Positions 1 to 10,513 of a stretch of DNA of 64,000 nucleotides are shown here, in pieces. Under the pieces are notes generated by a model. That model made no database searches and was not told the DNA's origin. It saw only the letters and a program-made list of their open reading frames with translations. The position numbers and the translations under genes are program-made. Source of the stretch: an uncultured Actinomycetes bacterium (GTDB lineage Bacteria; Actinomycetota; UBA4738; HRBIN12). The first letter of the stretch is position 1. Every line of letters starts with the position of its first letter. The stretch spans positions 4,863-68,862 of the forward strand of contig CAYUSA010000008.1 in assembly GCA_964447335.1 (NCBI GenBank). The letters run 5' to 3'.

Positions 1-718
1 GATCGGCGAAGTGGGCGGCAGTTGAGATGTCATGCGTGATCATGAGGATTGCGAGACCGCTCCGGCGGAGTTCGTCCAGGAGGCCGAGCACGCCGGCCCG
101 GACCGAGACGTCGAGCATCGACACGGGCTCGTCGGCGACGAGCAGCTCGGGCTCGAGGACGAGCCCGGCGGCGATGGCGACGCGTTGTCGTTGGCCGCCC
201 GACAGCTCGTGCGGGAAGCGCTCGGTGAACAGCTCGGGCGGATGAAGGCTCACACGCTCCAGGGCGGCGATCATCCGCGCATGCCGATCCGCCTTGGAGG
301 CTCCGATGCCGTGGATCATCATCGGCTCCTCGATCGTCTCGCGCGTCCGGAAGCGCGGGTCGAGGGACTCGTAGGGGTCCTGGTAGATGATCTGGATCCT
401 CCGGCGGAGCGGCCGCAGGTCGCCGTGCCTCAGCCTCGAGATCTCGCGTCCGTCGAGGAGGATCGAACCGGCCTCGGCGTCCACCAAGCGGAGCACCGCC
501 TGCCCGGTCGTGGTCTTGCCGCACCCAGACTCGCCGACCAGCGCAAGCATCTCGCTCCGTCCGAGGGTGAACGAGATGCCCTCAACCGCGTGGACACGCT
601 GTCTGGGCTTGCGGGTCAGGGTGCCCACGATGCCACGGGGCACCGGGTATCGGACGACGAGCCCGTCGACCTCGAGCAGCGGCCGGCCTTCCACGGGTTC
701 GAGGGCCGCCTGGCTCAC
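1..718 (-). CDS. oppF: Oligopeptide/dipeptide ABC transporter ATP-binding subunit (3' end outside window)
   Basis: Hand translation from GTG at 718 (GTGA overlap with oppD stop): MSQAALEPVEGRPLLEVDGL...LALVGESGCGKTTTG (Walker A); not in ORF track because truncated. Confidence 0.9.
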   Translation of the reverse strand, partial: MSQAALEPVEGRPLLEVDGLVVRYPVPRGIVGTLTRKPRQRVHAVEGISFTLGRSEMLALVGESGCGKTTTGQAVLRLVDAEAGSILLDGREISRLRHGDLRPLRRRIQIIYQDPYESLDPRFRTRETIEEPMMIHGIGASKADRHARMIAALERVSLHPPELFTERFPHELSGGQRQRVAIAAGLVLEPELLVADEPVSMLDVSVRAGVLGLLDELRRSGLAILMITHDISTAAHFAD

Positions 719-1692
719 GACGCCACCACGTAGGCCGGGTCGTTGAGGTGACAGGCGGCGCGGTGTCCGTCGCCGACGATGAGCAGTTCGGGACGCACGT
801 CCTGACATGGCTCGAAGGCACGATCGCAGCGCGGCAGGAACGGGCAGCCGACGAGAGGCTGGTCCAGACGCGGCGGCGCTCCCGGGATCGACACGATGTC
901 CTCCTTGCCCTCGAGATCGGGGATCGCCGCGAACAGGAGGCGCGTGTAGGGGTGTCCCGGGTCGTGGTACAGCGCGTCCATCGAGGCCGCCTCGACGATC
1001 TCCCCCGCGTACATGACCGCCGCACGCCCGCAGATCTCCGCCACGATCGGGAGGTCGTGGGTGACCAGCACCAGCGTGAGGCCGAGGTCGTTCGAGAGGG
1101 CGACCAGCAGCTGGAGGATCTGCGCTTGCACCATCACGTCCAGGGCCGTCGTCGGCTCGTCGGCGAGGAGCACCTTCGGGTTGCAGGCCAGGGCCATCGC
1201 GATCGCGGCGCGCTGCCGCATGCCTCCCGAGAACTCGTGCGGGAACCGGTCGGCGCGATCGGCCGAGATCCCGACCATCTCGAGGAGCTCACCCGCCCGA
1301 GCCTTCGCCGCGTTCCCGGATGCGACGCCGTGCAGCTCCATCGGCTCCACGATCTGCGATCCGACCGTCTTCACGGGATTCAGGGCGTTCATCGCGCCCT
1401 GGAAGATCATCGCGATGTCGGTCCAGCGGTGCGGTCGCATCGACGCCTCGCCGCCGGCGAGGATGTCGTCGCCCTCGAGCAGGACCCGCCCCGAAACGGT
1501 CGCGCTCGGCGGCAGGAGGCCCATCATCGCCAGGATCGCGGTCGTCTTGCCGCAGCCCGACTCGCCGACGAGCCCGAACCGCTCGCCCTTCGAGAGCGAC
1601 AGCGTCGCGCCCTGGACCGCGTGGAGGGTCCCGCCGCCGGGCAGGTCGAACCAGACGTTGAGGTCGTCGAGCTGCAGGATCGGCTCGCTCAC
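715..1692 (-). CDS. oppD: Oligopeptide/dipeptide ABC transporter ATP-binding subunit
   Basis: GESGCGKT, FPHEFSGGMRQR, LLADEPTTALDV, C-terminal GCPFLPRC...ACH; GTG start overlaps oppC stop. Confidence 0.93.
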   Translation of the reverse strand: MSEPILQLDDLNVWFDLPGGGTLHAVQGATLSLSKGERFGLVGESGCGKTTAILAMMGLLPPSATVSGRVLLEGDDILAGGEASMRPHRWTDIAMIFQGAMNALNPVKTVGSQIVEPMELHGVASGNAAKARAGELLEMVGISADRADRFPHEFSGGMRQRAAIAMALACNPKVLLADEPTTALDVMVQAQILQLLVALSNDLGLTLVLVTHDLPIVAEICGRAAVMYAGEIVEAASMDALYHDPGHPYTRLLFAAIPDLEGKEDIVSIPGAPPRLDQPLVGCPFLPRCDRAFEPCQDVRPELLIVGDGHRAACHLNDPAYVVAS

Positions 1693-2636
1693 GCGGGCTC
1701 CTCCGGCACGCGTCCGAGGCGGAACCCGCGCGCCGCGAGGTGCGCGACGCGCAGGCGCGGGTTCAGCGCGTCTTCGAGCGCCTGCCCCATGAGCGTGCAC
1801 GACAGGATCACGAGGGCGACGGCGACGCCCGGTGGGACGATCGCCCACCACGCTCGGGCACTGATCGCGTTGCCCTTCACCGCGAAGTCGATGATCCGAC
1901 CCCACGAGATCCTCGCGGGGTCGCCGAGCCCCAGGAAGGCCAGCGCGGTCTCGGCGAAGATCGCGACGGCGATCGTCAGCACGGTGTTGGCGACGAGCAG
2001 GGGCGCGACCTGCGGCAGGATGTGCCGGAACACGATCCGCGCGTTCCCGGCCCCGAGCGCCCGAGCACGCTTCACGTACACGCGCTCGCGAACGCTCTTC
2101 ACCTGCGCGCGGATGATCCTCGCGGTGCTGGTCCAGAGCAGCAGCCCGATTACGAGGATGATGTGGGAGAAGCTCGGACCCCAGATCGCGGCGATCACGA
2201 TCATGAGGGGAACGTCGGGGATGACGAGGAAGTAGTCGGTGATCCGCATGAGAACGGTGTCCGTCCGTCCCCCGAAGTATCCGGCGGTCACGCCCACCGT
2301 CCCGCCGATCAGGATCGCGACCACCGTGGCGGCGAACCCGACCATCAGCGAGACACGGGCGCCCCACATCATCAGCGTGAGCATGTCGATGCCTCCGTCG
2401 TCGAGGCCGAGCCAGTGCTCGGAGGACGGCGGCGCGTAGACGGGACCGACCTTCTCGTGCTGCCCGTACGGCGCGACGTACGGCGCGACCACCGCGATCA
2501 CGACGAGCGCGAGGAGCATCACGAGCCCGGCCACGGCCGACGGCCGGTCCCTGAGGATCTGCCACACGATGCTGCGAGGGCGCCGGACGGGTGCCTCGGC
2601 GGTGAGGTCCGGCTCGCTCCGTATCGCTCGGCTCAT
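1689..2636 (-). CDS. oppC: Peptide ABC transporter permease (OppC/DppC)
   Basis: HWLGLDDGGID, ARALGAGNARIVFRHILP EAA-loop, multiple TM helices. Confidence 0.93.
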   Translation of the reverse strand: MSRAIRSEPDLTAEAPVRRPRSIVWQILRDRPSAVAGLVMLLALVVIAVVAPYVAPYGQHEKVGPVYAPPSSEHWLGLDDGGIDMLTLMMWGARVSLMVGFAATVVAILIGGTVGVTAGYFGGRTDTVLMRITDYFLVIPDVPLMIVIAAIWGPSFSHIILVIGLLLWTSTARIIRAQVKSVRERVYVKRARALGAGNARIVFRHILPQVAPLLVANTVLTIAVAIFAETALAFLGLGDPARISWGRIIDFAVKGNAISARAWWAIVPPGVAVALVILSCTLMGQALEDALNPRLRVAHLAARGFRLGRVPEEPA

Positions 2637-3592
2637 TCGGTGATCCTCGGGTCGAGCTTGAAGTACAGGAGGTCGGCGACGTAGTTGCAGAACACGACCG
2701 AGAGCGTGAGCACGAGGAACGCGCCTTGGAGCATCGGGTAGTCGCGCGCGGTCACCGCGTCGTACACCGCCTGTCCGATCCCGCCCCAGGAGAACACGCG
2801 CTCGATCAGGATCGAGCCGGCCACGATGTAGCCGACCGACAGCGCCATCAACGTGCTGATCGGCAGCAGGGCGTTCCGGAGCGCGTGCCGGCGAACGATG
2901 GTCCGGTCGGGGAGGCCCTTCGCGCGCGCGGTGAGCACGTAGTCCTCACCGAGGGTCTCGAGCATCGCCGAGCGCGACACGAGCGTGTACTGGCCGTAGA
3001 GCACGAGCCCGAGCGTGAGCGACGGCAGGATCACGTGCCTCAACCAGTCGGTGAATTGGGCCGCGAAGCCGCCCACGAGGAACGGATCCTGGCTCCCACC
3101 GGATGGTAAGTGCCCGGCCGCCAGGAAGAGCAGCATCATCCCGAGCCACTGCGTCGGCAGCGAGTAGAAGATCAGCGCCGTCGTGACGCTCGCGTAGTCG
3201 ACGGCCGTTCGTCGCCGCCACGCCGCGACCACCCCGGTGACGGTCCCGAACACCATCGCGAAGACGGTACCGAGCGCCGCCATCGGGATCGTCTTCAGCA
3301 GAGCCGCCCGCAGCTTGTCGGACACCGGCCGGTAGTCCTGGAACGAGATCCCGAGGTTCCCGTGCGTGAGCTGCTCGAGGTAGACCACGTACTGCTGCCA
3401 CTTCGACTTGTCCAGGCCGAAATCGCGGGTGAGCTGCTCCCGCGCCTGCGGTGTGATCCCCGGGGCCCTCGCCCAGTTCGCGACCGCGGTGCCGGGAGCC
3501 GCCCGGAAGATGATGAAGTTGATGGTGATCGCCACGAACACCGTCATCAGCGCGAAGACGGTGCGCTTGATGGCGTAGTCGAGGCCCCGCAT
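2633..3592 (-). CDS. oppB: Peptide ABC transporter permease (OppB/DppB)
   Basis: GNLGIS, EDYVLTARAKGL, RHALRNAL, RDYPMLQG, DLLY..LDPRI motifs. Confidence 0.93.
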   Translation of the reverse strand: MRGLDYAIKRTVFALMTVFVAITINFIIFRAAPGTAVANWARAPGITPQAREQLTRDFGLDKSKWQQYVVYLEQLTHGNLGISFQDYRPVSDKLRAALLKTIPMAALGTVFAMVFGTVTGVVAAWRRRTAVDYASVTTALIFYSLPTQWLGMMLLFLAAGHLPSGGSQDPFLVGGFAAQFTDWLRHVILPSLTLGLVLYGQYTLVSRSAMLETLGEDYVLTARAKGLPDRTIVRRHALRNALLPISTLMALSVGYIVAGSILIERVFSWGGIGQAVYDAVTARDYPMLQGAFLVLTLSVVFCNYVADLLYFKLDPRITE

Positions 3593-3610
3593 ACGGGTCC
3601 GGCTACCTCC

Positions 3611-5263
3611 TCAACCCACCCGGTGGACGTTCGCCCAGGTCGCCTTCGAGAGCTGGTTCCAGCTCCCCTGCGGGGACAGCACGTAGCCGGCCCAGTCCTT
3701 GCTCCATGCCTCCACCACCTCGCGGTAGTCGAGCATGATGTACGGCTTGTCGTCGAACAGGATCTGCTGCATCTGCCAGACGATCTCCCTGCGCTGATCC
3801 TCGTCCAGGGTCGTGCTCTGCTGGTCGTAGAGCGCGTCGTACTCCGGGTTCGTGTAGGCGGAGTCGCTCCAGCCGAACCACTGGTCGGTGGTCATCGCGG
3901 CGAGCATGAAGTCGGGGTCGACGAGCGCGATCCAGTACCACATCGCGAGATCCCAGTTCTTGTAGTCGTCCTCGATCATCTCGTTCCAGACCGCCGTCGA
4001 GTCCTGCAGGCGCTCGTTCAGCTTGACCCCGACCTGCTCGAGGCTCGCCTGCACGATCTGGAACTCGCGCTCGATGCCCTCGACGTCGTTCGGCAGGAGC
4101 ACCTCGTACTCCATCGGGTGGCCGTTCGCGATCCGGACGCCGTCGGGCCCCATGGCGTACCCGAGCTCGTCGAGCATCTGGTTCGCCAGGTCGGGATCGT
4201 AGGTCTCGGACTGGATGTCCGAGTTATGCCAGATGCCGGTCGAGGGCGGGATGATCGTCGTCGCCGGCTCGGCGTATCCGCCCCTGACCACGTCGACGAT
4301 CTGCTGCTTGTCGATCGCATGGGCGAACGCCTCGCGCAACGTGGGGTCGAGCAGCTCGAGGTTGTTCGCCTTGTCGGGGTTCGAGTTGAAGATGAAGTCG
4401 TCCTCGGTGACGCCCGGCGTCGTGACGATCTCGATGCTCGGGTCCGCCTGTAGTGCTTCGATCGCGTTCGGCGGCACCGCGTGGATGGAGTCGATCTCCC
4501 CGTTCAACAGCGCCTGCACCATCGCGTCGGGGTTCGTGTAGAACTTCACGCCGTAGCCGTCGATGTGCGGCTTCGGCCCGTAGTAGTTGGGGTTCGCTTC
4601 GAACTTCGCGAAGTCGCGCTTCTGGTACTCGGTGAGGATGAACGGTCCACCGGACACGATCGGCGGCGCGTTGTCGAAGGCCTTCAGGTCCTTGCCGTCG
4701 TTGCCCTCGTGCTGCGACCAGATGTGCTCCGGGAGGATCGGGACGTGATTGAGGTTCCCGAGCACGTGCCCGACCGGCTGGTCGTACTGGAGCACCAGCG
4801 TGTTCGCGTCGGTGGCCTCGGCGCTGCCGATGTGCGCCACGTACGCGCCCGCGTTCCCCGTGGGCCCGTCCTGATACGTCATGATCAGGTTGAACGTGTA
4901 CGCCGCGTCCTCGGCGGTGAGCGGCTGGCCGTCGGACCACTTCGCGTTCGGCGCCGTGTGGAAGGTCCACGTCAGCCCGTCGTCCGACGTGTCCCAGCCG
5001 GTGGCGAAGTCTCCCGTGAACTCGAGGTTCTCGTCGTACTGCACGAGGTACGGGTAGATCGACTGGTAGGCGTTCACGGGAGCCTGGTTGAAGGACACGA
5101 ACGGGTTGAGCGCGTCGATCGAGCCGGTGTCCCCGATCCGGAGCACGCCGCCCTCGACGATGCCGCCGCTCGGGGTCGCCTTCTCGCCGCCACCCCCGGT
5201 GCACGCCGCGGCGGTCAGCACCACCGCGGAAACGACGGCTCCGAGCCTGACCCACCTGCGCAT
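3611..5263 (-). CDS. oppA: Peptide ABC transporter substrate-binding lipoprotein (SBP family 5)
   Basis: ATG 5263 with AGGAGG RBS; lipoprotein signal MRRWVRLGAVVSAVVLTAAAC; SDDGLTWTF, KWSDGQPLTAED, SGGPF motifs. Confidence 0.92.
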   Translation of the reverse strand: MRRWVRLGAVVSAVVLTAAACTGGGGEKATPSGGIVEGGVLRIGDTGSIDALNPFVSFNQAPVNAYQSIYPYLVQYDENLEFTGDFATGWDTSDDGLTWTFHTAPNAKWSDGQPLTAEDAAYTFNLIMTYQDGPTGNAGAYVAHIGSAEATDANTLVLQYDQPVGHVLGNLNHVPILPEHIWSQHEGNDGKDLKAFDNAPPIVSGGPFILTEYQKRDFAKFEANPNYYGPKPHIDGYGVKFYTNPDAMVQALLNGEIDSIHAVPPNAIEALQADPSIEIVTTPGVTEDDFIFNSNPDKANNLELLDPTLREAFAHAIDKQQIVDVVRGGYAEPATTIIPPSTGIWHNSDIQSETYDPDLANQMLDELGYAMGPDGVRIANGHPMEYEVLLPNDVEGIEREFQIVQASLEQVGVKLNERLQDSTAVWNEMIEDDYKNWDLAMWYWIALVDPDFMLAAMTTDQWFGWSDSAYTNPEYDALYDQQSTTLDEDQRREIVWQMQQILFDDKPYIMLDYREVVEAWSKDWAGYVLSPQGSWNQLSKATWANVHRVG

Positions 5264-5650
5264 GTCGCCCTCCTCCTGGACCGATCCCGCCGGGCGGCCC
5301 CTCGTCCGTCCCACGCACGCGGTTGCGCGCCCATGCGGACCTCGGCCACAGCACTCCACACGGTCTCCCGGGTCCGTTCCCAGCCAGCACACGACCGCTC
5401 CGCGGACGCTCTCATGCCCGCAAGAGCGCTCGGCAGGGCCGGTTGCCCTGGTGTGGCGGGGCTGAGTGGAGGGTGCGAGCACGGCGGGCGCGCGAGGCTC
5501 GAATGCAGGTGGACCCCCCGGCCGACCCTTCCTCGTATCCCACGGATCCGCGAACTGCGGGCGGATCCGGGTCTTCGCGCCCCACAGGCCCGTCGACGAC
5601 CCGGCGCCCCGCACCCGTCCCGCCGTGACGTATCCCCGATGCTGCGTACC

Positions 5651-7858
5651 ATGGGCACGATGAAGACCGAGGACGGGGCGCGCATCCCGGCGCTCGAAGG
5701 CTGGAGCGACCAGCTCTACCGCAACCTCGTCGAGCGCGTGCCAGCGGTCGTCTACGTCGACTCGGACGAGCAGCGCCCCGAGACCCTCTTCATCAGCCCC
5801 CAGGTCGAGCAGCTCACGGGGCACGCGCCGGCGGAGTTCCTCTCCGAGCCCGAGCTCTGGTACCGACTCACGCATCCCGCCGACGTCGCGCGCATCGCCG
5901 ACGCGTGGCGGGTGACCCGCGCCGAGGAGGGCGTGTTCGAGTGCGAGTACCGGCTCTTCCGCCCCGACGGATCGGTCGTTTGGATCCGCGACCACGCCCT
6001 GCCCGTGCGCGACGAGCAGGGACGGGTCGCCTTCTGGCAGGGCGTGCTCTACGACGTGACCCTCGCCAAGCGTGCCGAGCACGAGCTCCGCGAGGCGCGC
6101 GAGAAGTACCAGGCGCTCGTCGAGAACCTGCCGGCCGTGGTCTACATGGTCGCCCCCGACGACGACCGCCGGACGATGTACGTGAGCCCCCAGGTCGAGC
6201 GTGCCCTCGGCTACCCGCGCGAGGAGTGGCTCGGGCAGCCCGACATCTGGATGGAGCTCCTGCACCCCGACGACCGGGAGCGGACGCTCGAGGCCCACGA
6301 CCGCCACAACCAGTCGGGCGAGCCGTGGAGCCGCGAGTACCGGCTCATCGCGGCCGACGGGCGCCCGGTGTGGTTCCGCGACGTGGCCACGCTCGTGCGG
6401 GACGCGGAGGGCCGGCCCTTGCACTGGCAGGGCCTCCAGCTGGACATCACCGAGCGGAAGGCCGTCGAGGAGGAGCTGCGGCGAGCCCGCGACGAGCTGG
6501 AGCATCGCGTCGCCGAGCGCACGGCCGAGCTCGCCGAGGCGAACGAGCTCATGGCGCTCGAGATCGGCGAGCGCCGCCGGGCCGAGGCCGAGCTCACGGT
6601 GGCCGAGCAACGCTTCCGGCTCCTCGTCGAGCACATCCCCGCCGTCACCTACAGCTGGCACATGGGCGATCGGGCCGCGGCCCCCTACACGAGCCCCCGC
6701 ATCGAGCAGCTCCTCGGCTACACCGTCGAGGAGTGGCACGAGGACCGCGACTTCTGGATGTCGCGCCTGCACCCGGACGACCGCTCGGCCGTGATCGCGG
6801 CGATGCTCCGCTCCGAGACGACCGGCGAGCCCTTCAGCGCCGAGTACCGGTTCCTGCACAAGGACGGGCACATCGTGTGGGTCCAGGACGAGGCGATGCT
6901 CGTCTCGCGCGACCCCGACGGCCGGCCGCGCATGTTCCAGGGGTTCACGCTGGACATCACCGCACGCAAGGAAGCGGAGGCCAAGGCCGGGGAGTCCGAG
7001 CTTCGATACCGGGACCTCGCCGAGCAGGTGCCGGCCATCATCTATCTGATGGAGCAGCGCTCCGACGCTGCGGGGTACGCGATCACGTACGTGAGCCCGC
7101 ACATCCGCACGCTCCTCGGCCGCGAGCCCGAGGAGTGGCGGACCGACGAGGACTGGCTCGCCTGCGTGCACCCGGACGACCTCGAGCGGGTCGGGCGCGC
7201 GATCGCCGAGTTCGACGCGAGCGGGGAGCCGTGGAGCGTCGAGTACCGGCTGCTGCACCGCGACGGGCACCCGGTCTGGGTCCGCGACGACGGCCGGGTG
7301 CTCGAGCGGGACGCCGCCGGCCGGCCCCTGGTCCTGCAGGGGCTCGCCATCGACCTCACCGACCGTCACGCGGCCAGCCAGGACGCGCTCGAGGCCGAGG
7401 AGCGATACCGGGTCCTCGTCGAGCAGCTCCCCGCCATGGTCTACATCGAGAGTCCGTCCTCCGCCACCGGTCAGACGCACTTCCGGTATCTGTCGCCCCA
7501 GACCGAGCGGATCCTCGGCTATCCGGTCTCCGAGCTCATGGCCGACCCCTCGCACTTCGAGCGGATGCTCCATCCCGACGATCGCGAGCGCGTGCTCCGG
7601 GCCGACGCCCGCGCCGGCGAGACCGGAGAGCCCTTCGACGAGGAGTACCGCGTTATCGCGGCCGACGGGCGCGTCGTGTGGCTCCACAGCCGGGCCACGC
7701 TCGTGCGCGGGGAGAAGGGCAACCTCGGCTACTGGCACGGTGTCGCCCTGGACGTCACCGAGCGCCACCGCGCGCAGGAGCACCTCCTCGAGCTCGAGCA
7801 GCGGTACCAAGACCTCGCCGCTCGCACGTTCCGCACCCTCGGCCTCGAGGCGGACTAG
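5651..7858 (+). CDS. Multi-PAS sensory protein (5 PAS/PAC units, no output domain)
   Basis: Five repeats of YRxLVE.....SPQ.....HPDD.....EYR.....W.....G...D[IV]T; stops shortly after PAS5; start uncertain (ATG 5639/5651/5660). Confidence 0.85.
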   Translation: MGTMKTEDGARIPALEGWSDQLYRNLVERVPAVVYVDSDEQRPETLFISPQVEQLTGHAPAEFLSEPELWYRLTHPADVARIADAWRVTRAEEGVFECEYRLFRPDGSVVWIRDHALPVRDEQGRVAFWQGVLYDVTLAKRAEHELREAREKYQALVENLPAVVYMVAPDDDRRTMYVSPQVERALGYPREEWLGQPDIWMELLHPDDRERTLEAHDRHNQSGEPWSREYRLIAADGRPVWFRDVATLVRDAEGRPLHWQGLQLDITERKAVEEELRRARDELEHRVAERTAELAEANELMALEIGERRRAEAELTVAEQRFRLLVEHIPAVTYSWHMGDRAAAPYTSPRIEQLLGYTVEEWHEDRDFWMSRLHPDDRSAVIAAMLRSETTGEPFSAEYRFLHKDGHIVWVQDEAMLVSRDPDGRPRMFQGFTLDITARKEAEAKAGESELRYRDLAEQVPAIIYLMEQRSDAAGYAITYVSPHIRTLLGREPEEWRTDEDWLACVHPDDLERVGRAIAEFDASGEPWSVEYRLLHRDGHPVWVRDDGRVLERDAAGRPLVLQGLAIDLTDRHAASQDALEAEERYRVLVEQLPAMVYIESPSSATGQTHFRYLSPQTERILGYPVSELMADPSHFERMLHPDDRERVLRADARAGETGEPFDEEYRVIAADGRVVWLHSRATLVRGEKGNLGYWHGVALDVTERHRAQEHLLELEQRYQDLAARTFRTLGLEAD

Positions 7859-10443
7859 CGCCTCGACGAGCCGGGCAGCCAGAACTCGACGTAGGTTCCC
7901 CCGCCGGGACGCGGTCCGAACTCGAGCCATCCGCCCATGAGAGCCGCCCGCTCCTGCATGCCGCGGAGCCCGAGGTGCCCGGGCTCGCTCGTCGTCCCCG
8001 GCGTGATCCCGGCGCCGTCGTCCTCGACGGTTACCACCATGCCGCCGTCGCGCTCCTCGAGCCGCACGATCACGTTGCTCGCCTTGGCGTGCTTACGCAC
8101 GTTCGAGAGGGCTTCCTGCACGATCCGGAACGCGGCCGTGCGCGCCTCGATCGGCAGCTCCTTCTGCGTCCGGTCGTCGATCTGTAGCTCGAAGCCCGTG
8201 GCCTCCTCGGCTCGTGTCGCGAGCTCGACGACCGCGGTACCCAGGCCGGACTCGAGCGACGGAGGAGACAGCTCGAACAGCAAACGCCGAAGCCGCTCGA
8301 TCGCGCGCTGGACGCTCGTGCGGAGTCGCTCGACCCGCGCGAGGAGGTCGGGATCGCCGGTGTGCTCCGCGAACAGGTCGAGCTGCATCCCCACCGCGAC
8401 CATCGCCTGGATCGGATCGTCGTGGATGTCCGACGCGATGCGGGCACGCTCCTCCTCCTGCGCCTCGACCAGGGTCGAGAGGAGCTCCTCGCGCTCGCGT
8501 TCGGCTCGGACGCGTTCGGTCACGTCGCGCGTTACGCCCAACACGAGCTGCACCTGGCCGTGCTCATCGAAGATCGGTTGTCCGCCCCAGGTCTCGAGTA
8601 CCACCTGCCGGCCATCGCGGAGCGTCATCGTCACGCGCATCGGCGAGCCCCGCTCCCCTCCGGCCGCGACAGCCAGGTCCGAGCGCACGCTGTCCGCGTT
8701 CAGCGGGCCCAGTACCTCGACCACGTTGCGGCCCACCAGGTCTTCCGGCCGAAGCCCCAGCAGACGCTCGTGGGAGGGGGACGCGAACACGATCGTTCCG
8801 TCGGGCTCGACGAGTGTGATGAGGTCGGACGAGTTCTCGACGACCAGGCGGTACCGCTCCTCGGCCTGGCGGAGCGCCTGCGCGGCCTCGTGTTGCTCGG
8901 TGACGTCCAGGGCGACACCCTGCCAGGACAAGGGCGCCCCCTGCTCGTCGAAGATCGGCGCGGCCCGTCCGTGCAGCCAGGCGACCGATCCGTCCGGCCG
9001 CGCCACCCGGAACACCGAATCGAACGCACCTTCTTCCGCCGAAGCTCGGCCGACCTCCCGCACGACGCGCTCGCGATCGCCGGGATGGACGAGGGTGGCG
9101 AAGCGCGCCGGATCGCCGAGCAGCTCCTCGGCCGGGTAGCCGAAGATCTGCTCGACCTGCGGGCTGAGGAACGTGAAGTACATGTCCGAGGGTGCCCCAC
9201 CGCGAACGAGCGCGAAGGAGACGGCCGGCAGCTGCTCGACGAGCGTCCGGTAGCGCTCCTCGGCCTCGCGGAGTGCACCCTCGGCGCTCTTCTGGGGTGT
9301 CACGTCGAGCGCGACACCGTGCCAGAACCTGGGCGCGCCGTTCTCGTCCCGAACGAGCGACGCGAGGCTGTGCATCCACACGGTCCGACCGTCCCGTGCG
9401 ATGAGCCGGTAGACGGAGTCGAACGGCTCGCCGGTCGCCTCGGCGTGCGCGTTCTCCGCGACCACCCGCTCCAGGTCGTCGGGGTGAACGAGCCGGAGGT
9501 AGCCGTCGGGCGGAGCGTTGGTCTCGGCCGCCGTATACCCGAGGATCGACTCCACCTGCGGGCTGAGGTACACGAAGTCCGTCTTCCGCGCGTCGCTGCT
9601 GGGCAGCTCGATGTACGTGATCGCCGGCAGCGCCTCGACGAGCGAGCGGTACAGGCTCTCGGCCTCCCGGAGCGCCTCATCCGCACGGCGGCGCTCCGAG
9701 ACGTCCCTCGCGAGGAAGGACACCGTCGCCGCGCTACCCGCGATCGGCTCGATCCTCGCGAGCCGGCCGAGGAACCAGCGGCGCGCGCCGCCCACCTCCA
9801 GCTCGTACTCGAGGGTCTCCGGACGACCGGTCTCGGCGACCCGCGTGACGGCCTCCTCGAACGGCCGGCCCGTCTCCGGCCCGAGGATCTCGACGATCCG
9901 TCGGCCCACCAGCTCCGAGGCCGGGGCGGCGAGCAGCTCCTCGTTCCCGGTCCACACGTTCAGGTACGTGCCGTCCGAGGCGAACTCGAACACGATCTCG
10001 TCGATCGAGCCCACGAGCGCGCGCATGCGCGCCTCGCGTTCCCGGATCTCGCGCTCGGCGCGGACCTGCTCGGTCACGTCCGTGGCGACGACCGGCCGTG
10101 CGGGCCGGCCGCGGAACGTCATCTGGCTGGAGACGACGTCCACGTCGATCAGGGACCCGTCCTTGCGACGGTGACGCCACACCCCCGCGCGATAGCCGAT
10201 CGGATGCGGAGCGCGGATCGTGTCGAGCAGCGCCGGTACGTCCTCGGCGGGCCGGATGTCGGCGATCGTGAGGGCGAGGAACTCCTCGGACGTGTAGCCG
10301 TAGTGCCGCAGCGCCTCGTCGTTCGCGGCAAGGATCCGAAGGGACTCCTGGTCGTATGCGAAGACCGGCACCGGGAACGCGTCCAGGATCGGCCCGAACG
10401 TCTCGCCGCCCGCGAGAGGGTCACCTTCCGATCGGTCCGTCAC
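7855..10443 (-). CDS. Cytoplasmic PAS-domain sensor histidine kinase (5 PAS + HisKA_3 + HATPase)
   Basis: EEERARIASDIHDD H-box, QEALSNVRKHA, DDGAG, GHLGLRGMQERA; GTG 10443 preceded by AGGAGGAG. Confidence 0.9.
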   Translation of the reverse strand: MTDRSEGDPLAGGETFGPILDAFPVPVFAYDQESLRILAANDEALRHYGYTSEEFLALTIADIRPAEDVPALLDTIRAPHPIGYRAGVWRHRRKDGSLIDVDVVSSQMTFRGRPARPVVATDVTEQVRAEREIREREARMRALVGSIDEIVFEFASDGTYLNVWTGNEELLAAPASELVGRRIVEILGPETGRPFEEAVTRVAETGRPETLEYELEVGGARRWFLGRLARIEPIAGSAATVSFLARDVSERRRADEALREAESLYRSLVEALPAITYIELPSSDARKTDFVYLSPQVESILGYTAAETNAPPDGYLRLVHPDDLERVVAENAHAEATGEPFDSVYRLIARDGRTVWMHSLASLVRDENGAPRFWHGVALDVTPQKSAEGALREAEERYRTLVEQLPAVSFALVRGGAPSDMYFTFLSPQVEQIFGYPAEELLGDPARFATLVHPGDRERVVREVGRASAEEGAFDSVFRVARPDGSVAWLHGRAAPIFDEQGAPLSWQGVALDVTEQHEAAQALRQAEERYRLVVENSSDLITLVEPDGTIVFASPSHERLLGLRPEDLVGRNVVEVLGPLNADSVRSDLAVAAGGERGSPMRVTMTLRDGRQVVLETWGGQPIFDEHGQVQLVLGVTRDVTERVRAEREREELLSTLVEAQEEERARIASDIHDDPIQAMVAVGMQLDLFAEHTGDPDLLARVERLRTSVQRAIERLRRLLFELSPPSLESGLGTAVVELATRAEEATGFELQIDDRTQKELPIEARTAAFRIVQEALSNVRKHAKASNVIVRLEERDGGMVVTVEDDGAGITPGTTSEPGHLGLRGMQERAALMGGWLEFGPRPGGGTYVEFWLPGSSRR

Positions 10444-10513
10444 GTCCCGAACTTCTCCTCCTGAGGCCGGCTCCACGGTAGTGCGTGGGTCCAACCCGGA
10501 CAACCGAGCGGGC

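Noticed and set aside
3611-7930. 1439-aa and 1125-aa giant ORFs suggesting fusions
   Set aside because: Stop-poor GC-rich antisense and intergenic read-through; real starts are oppA 5263 and the PAS gene near 5651.
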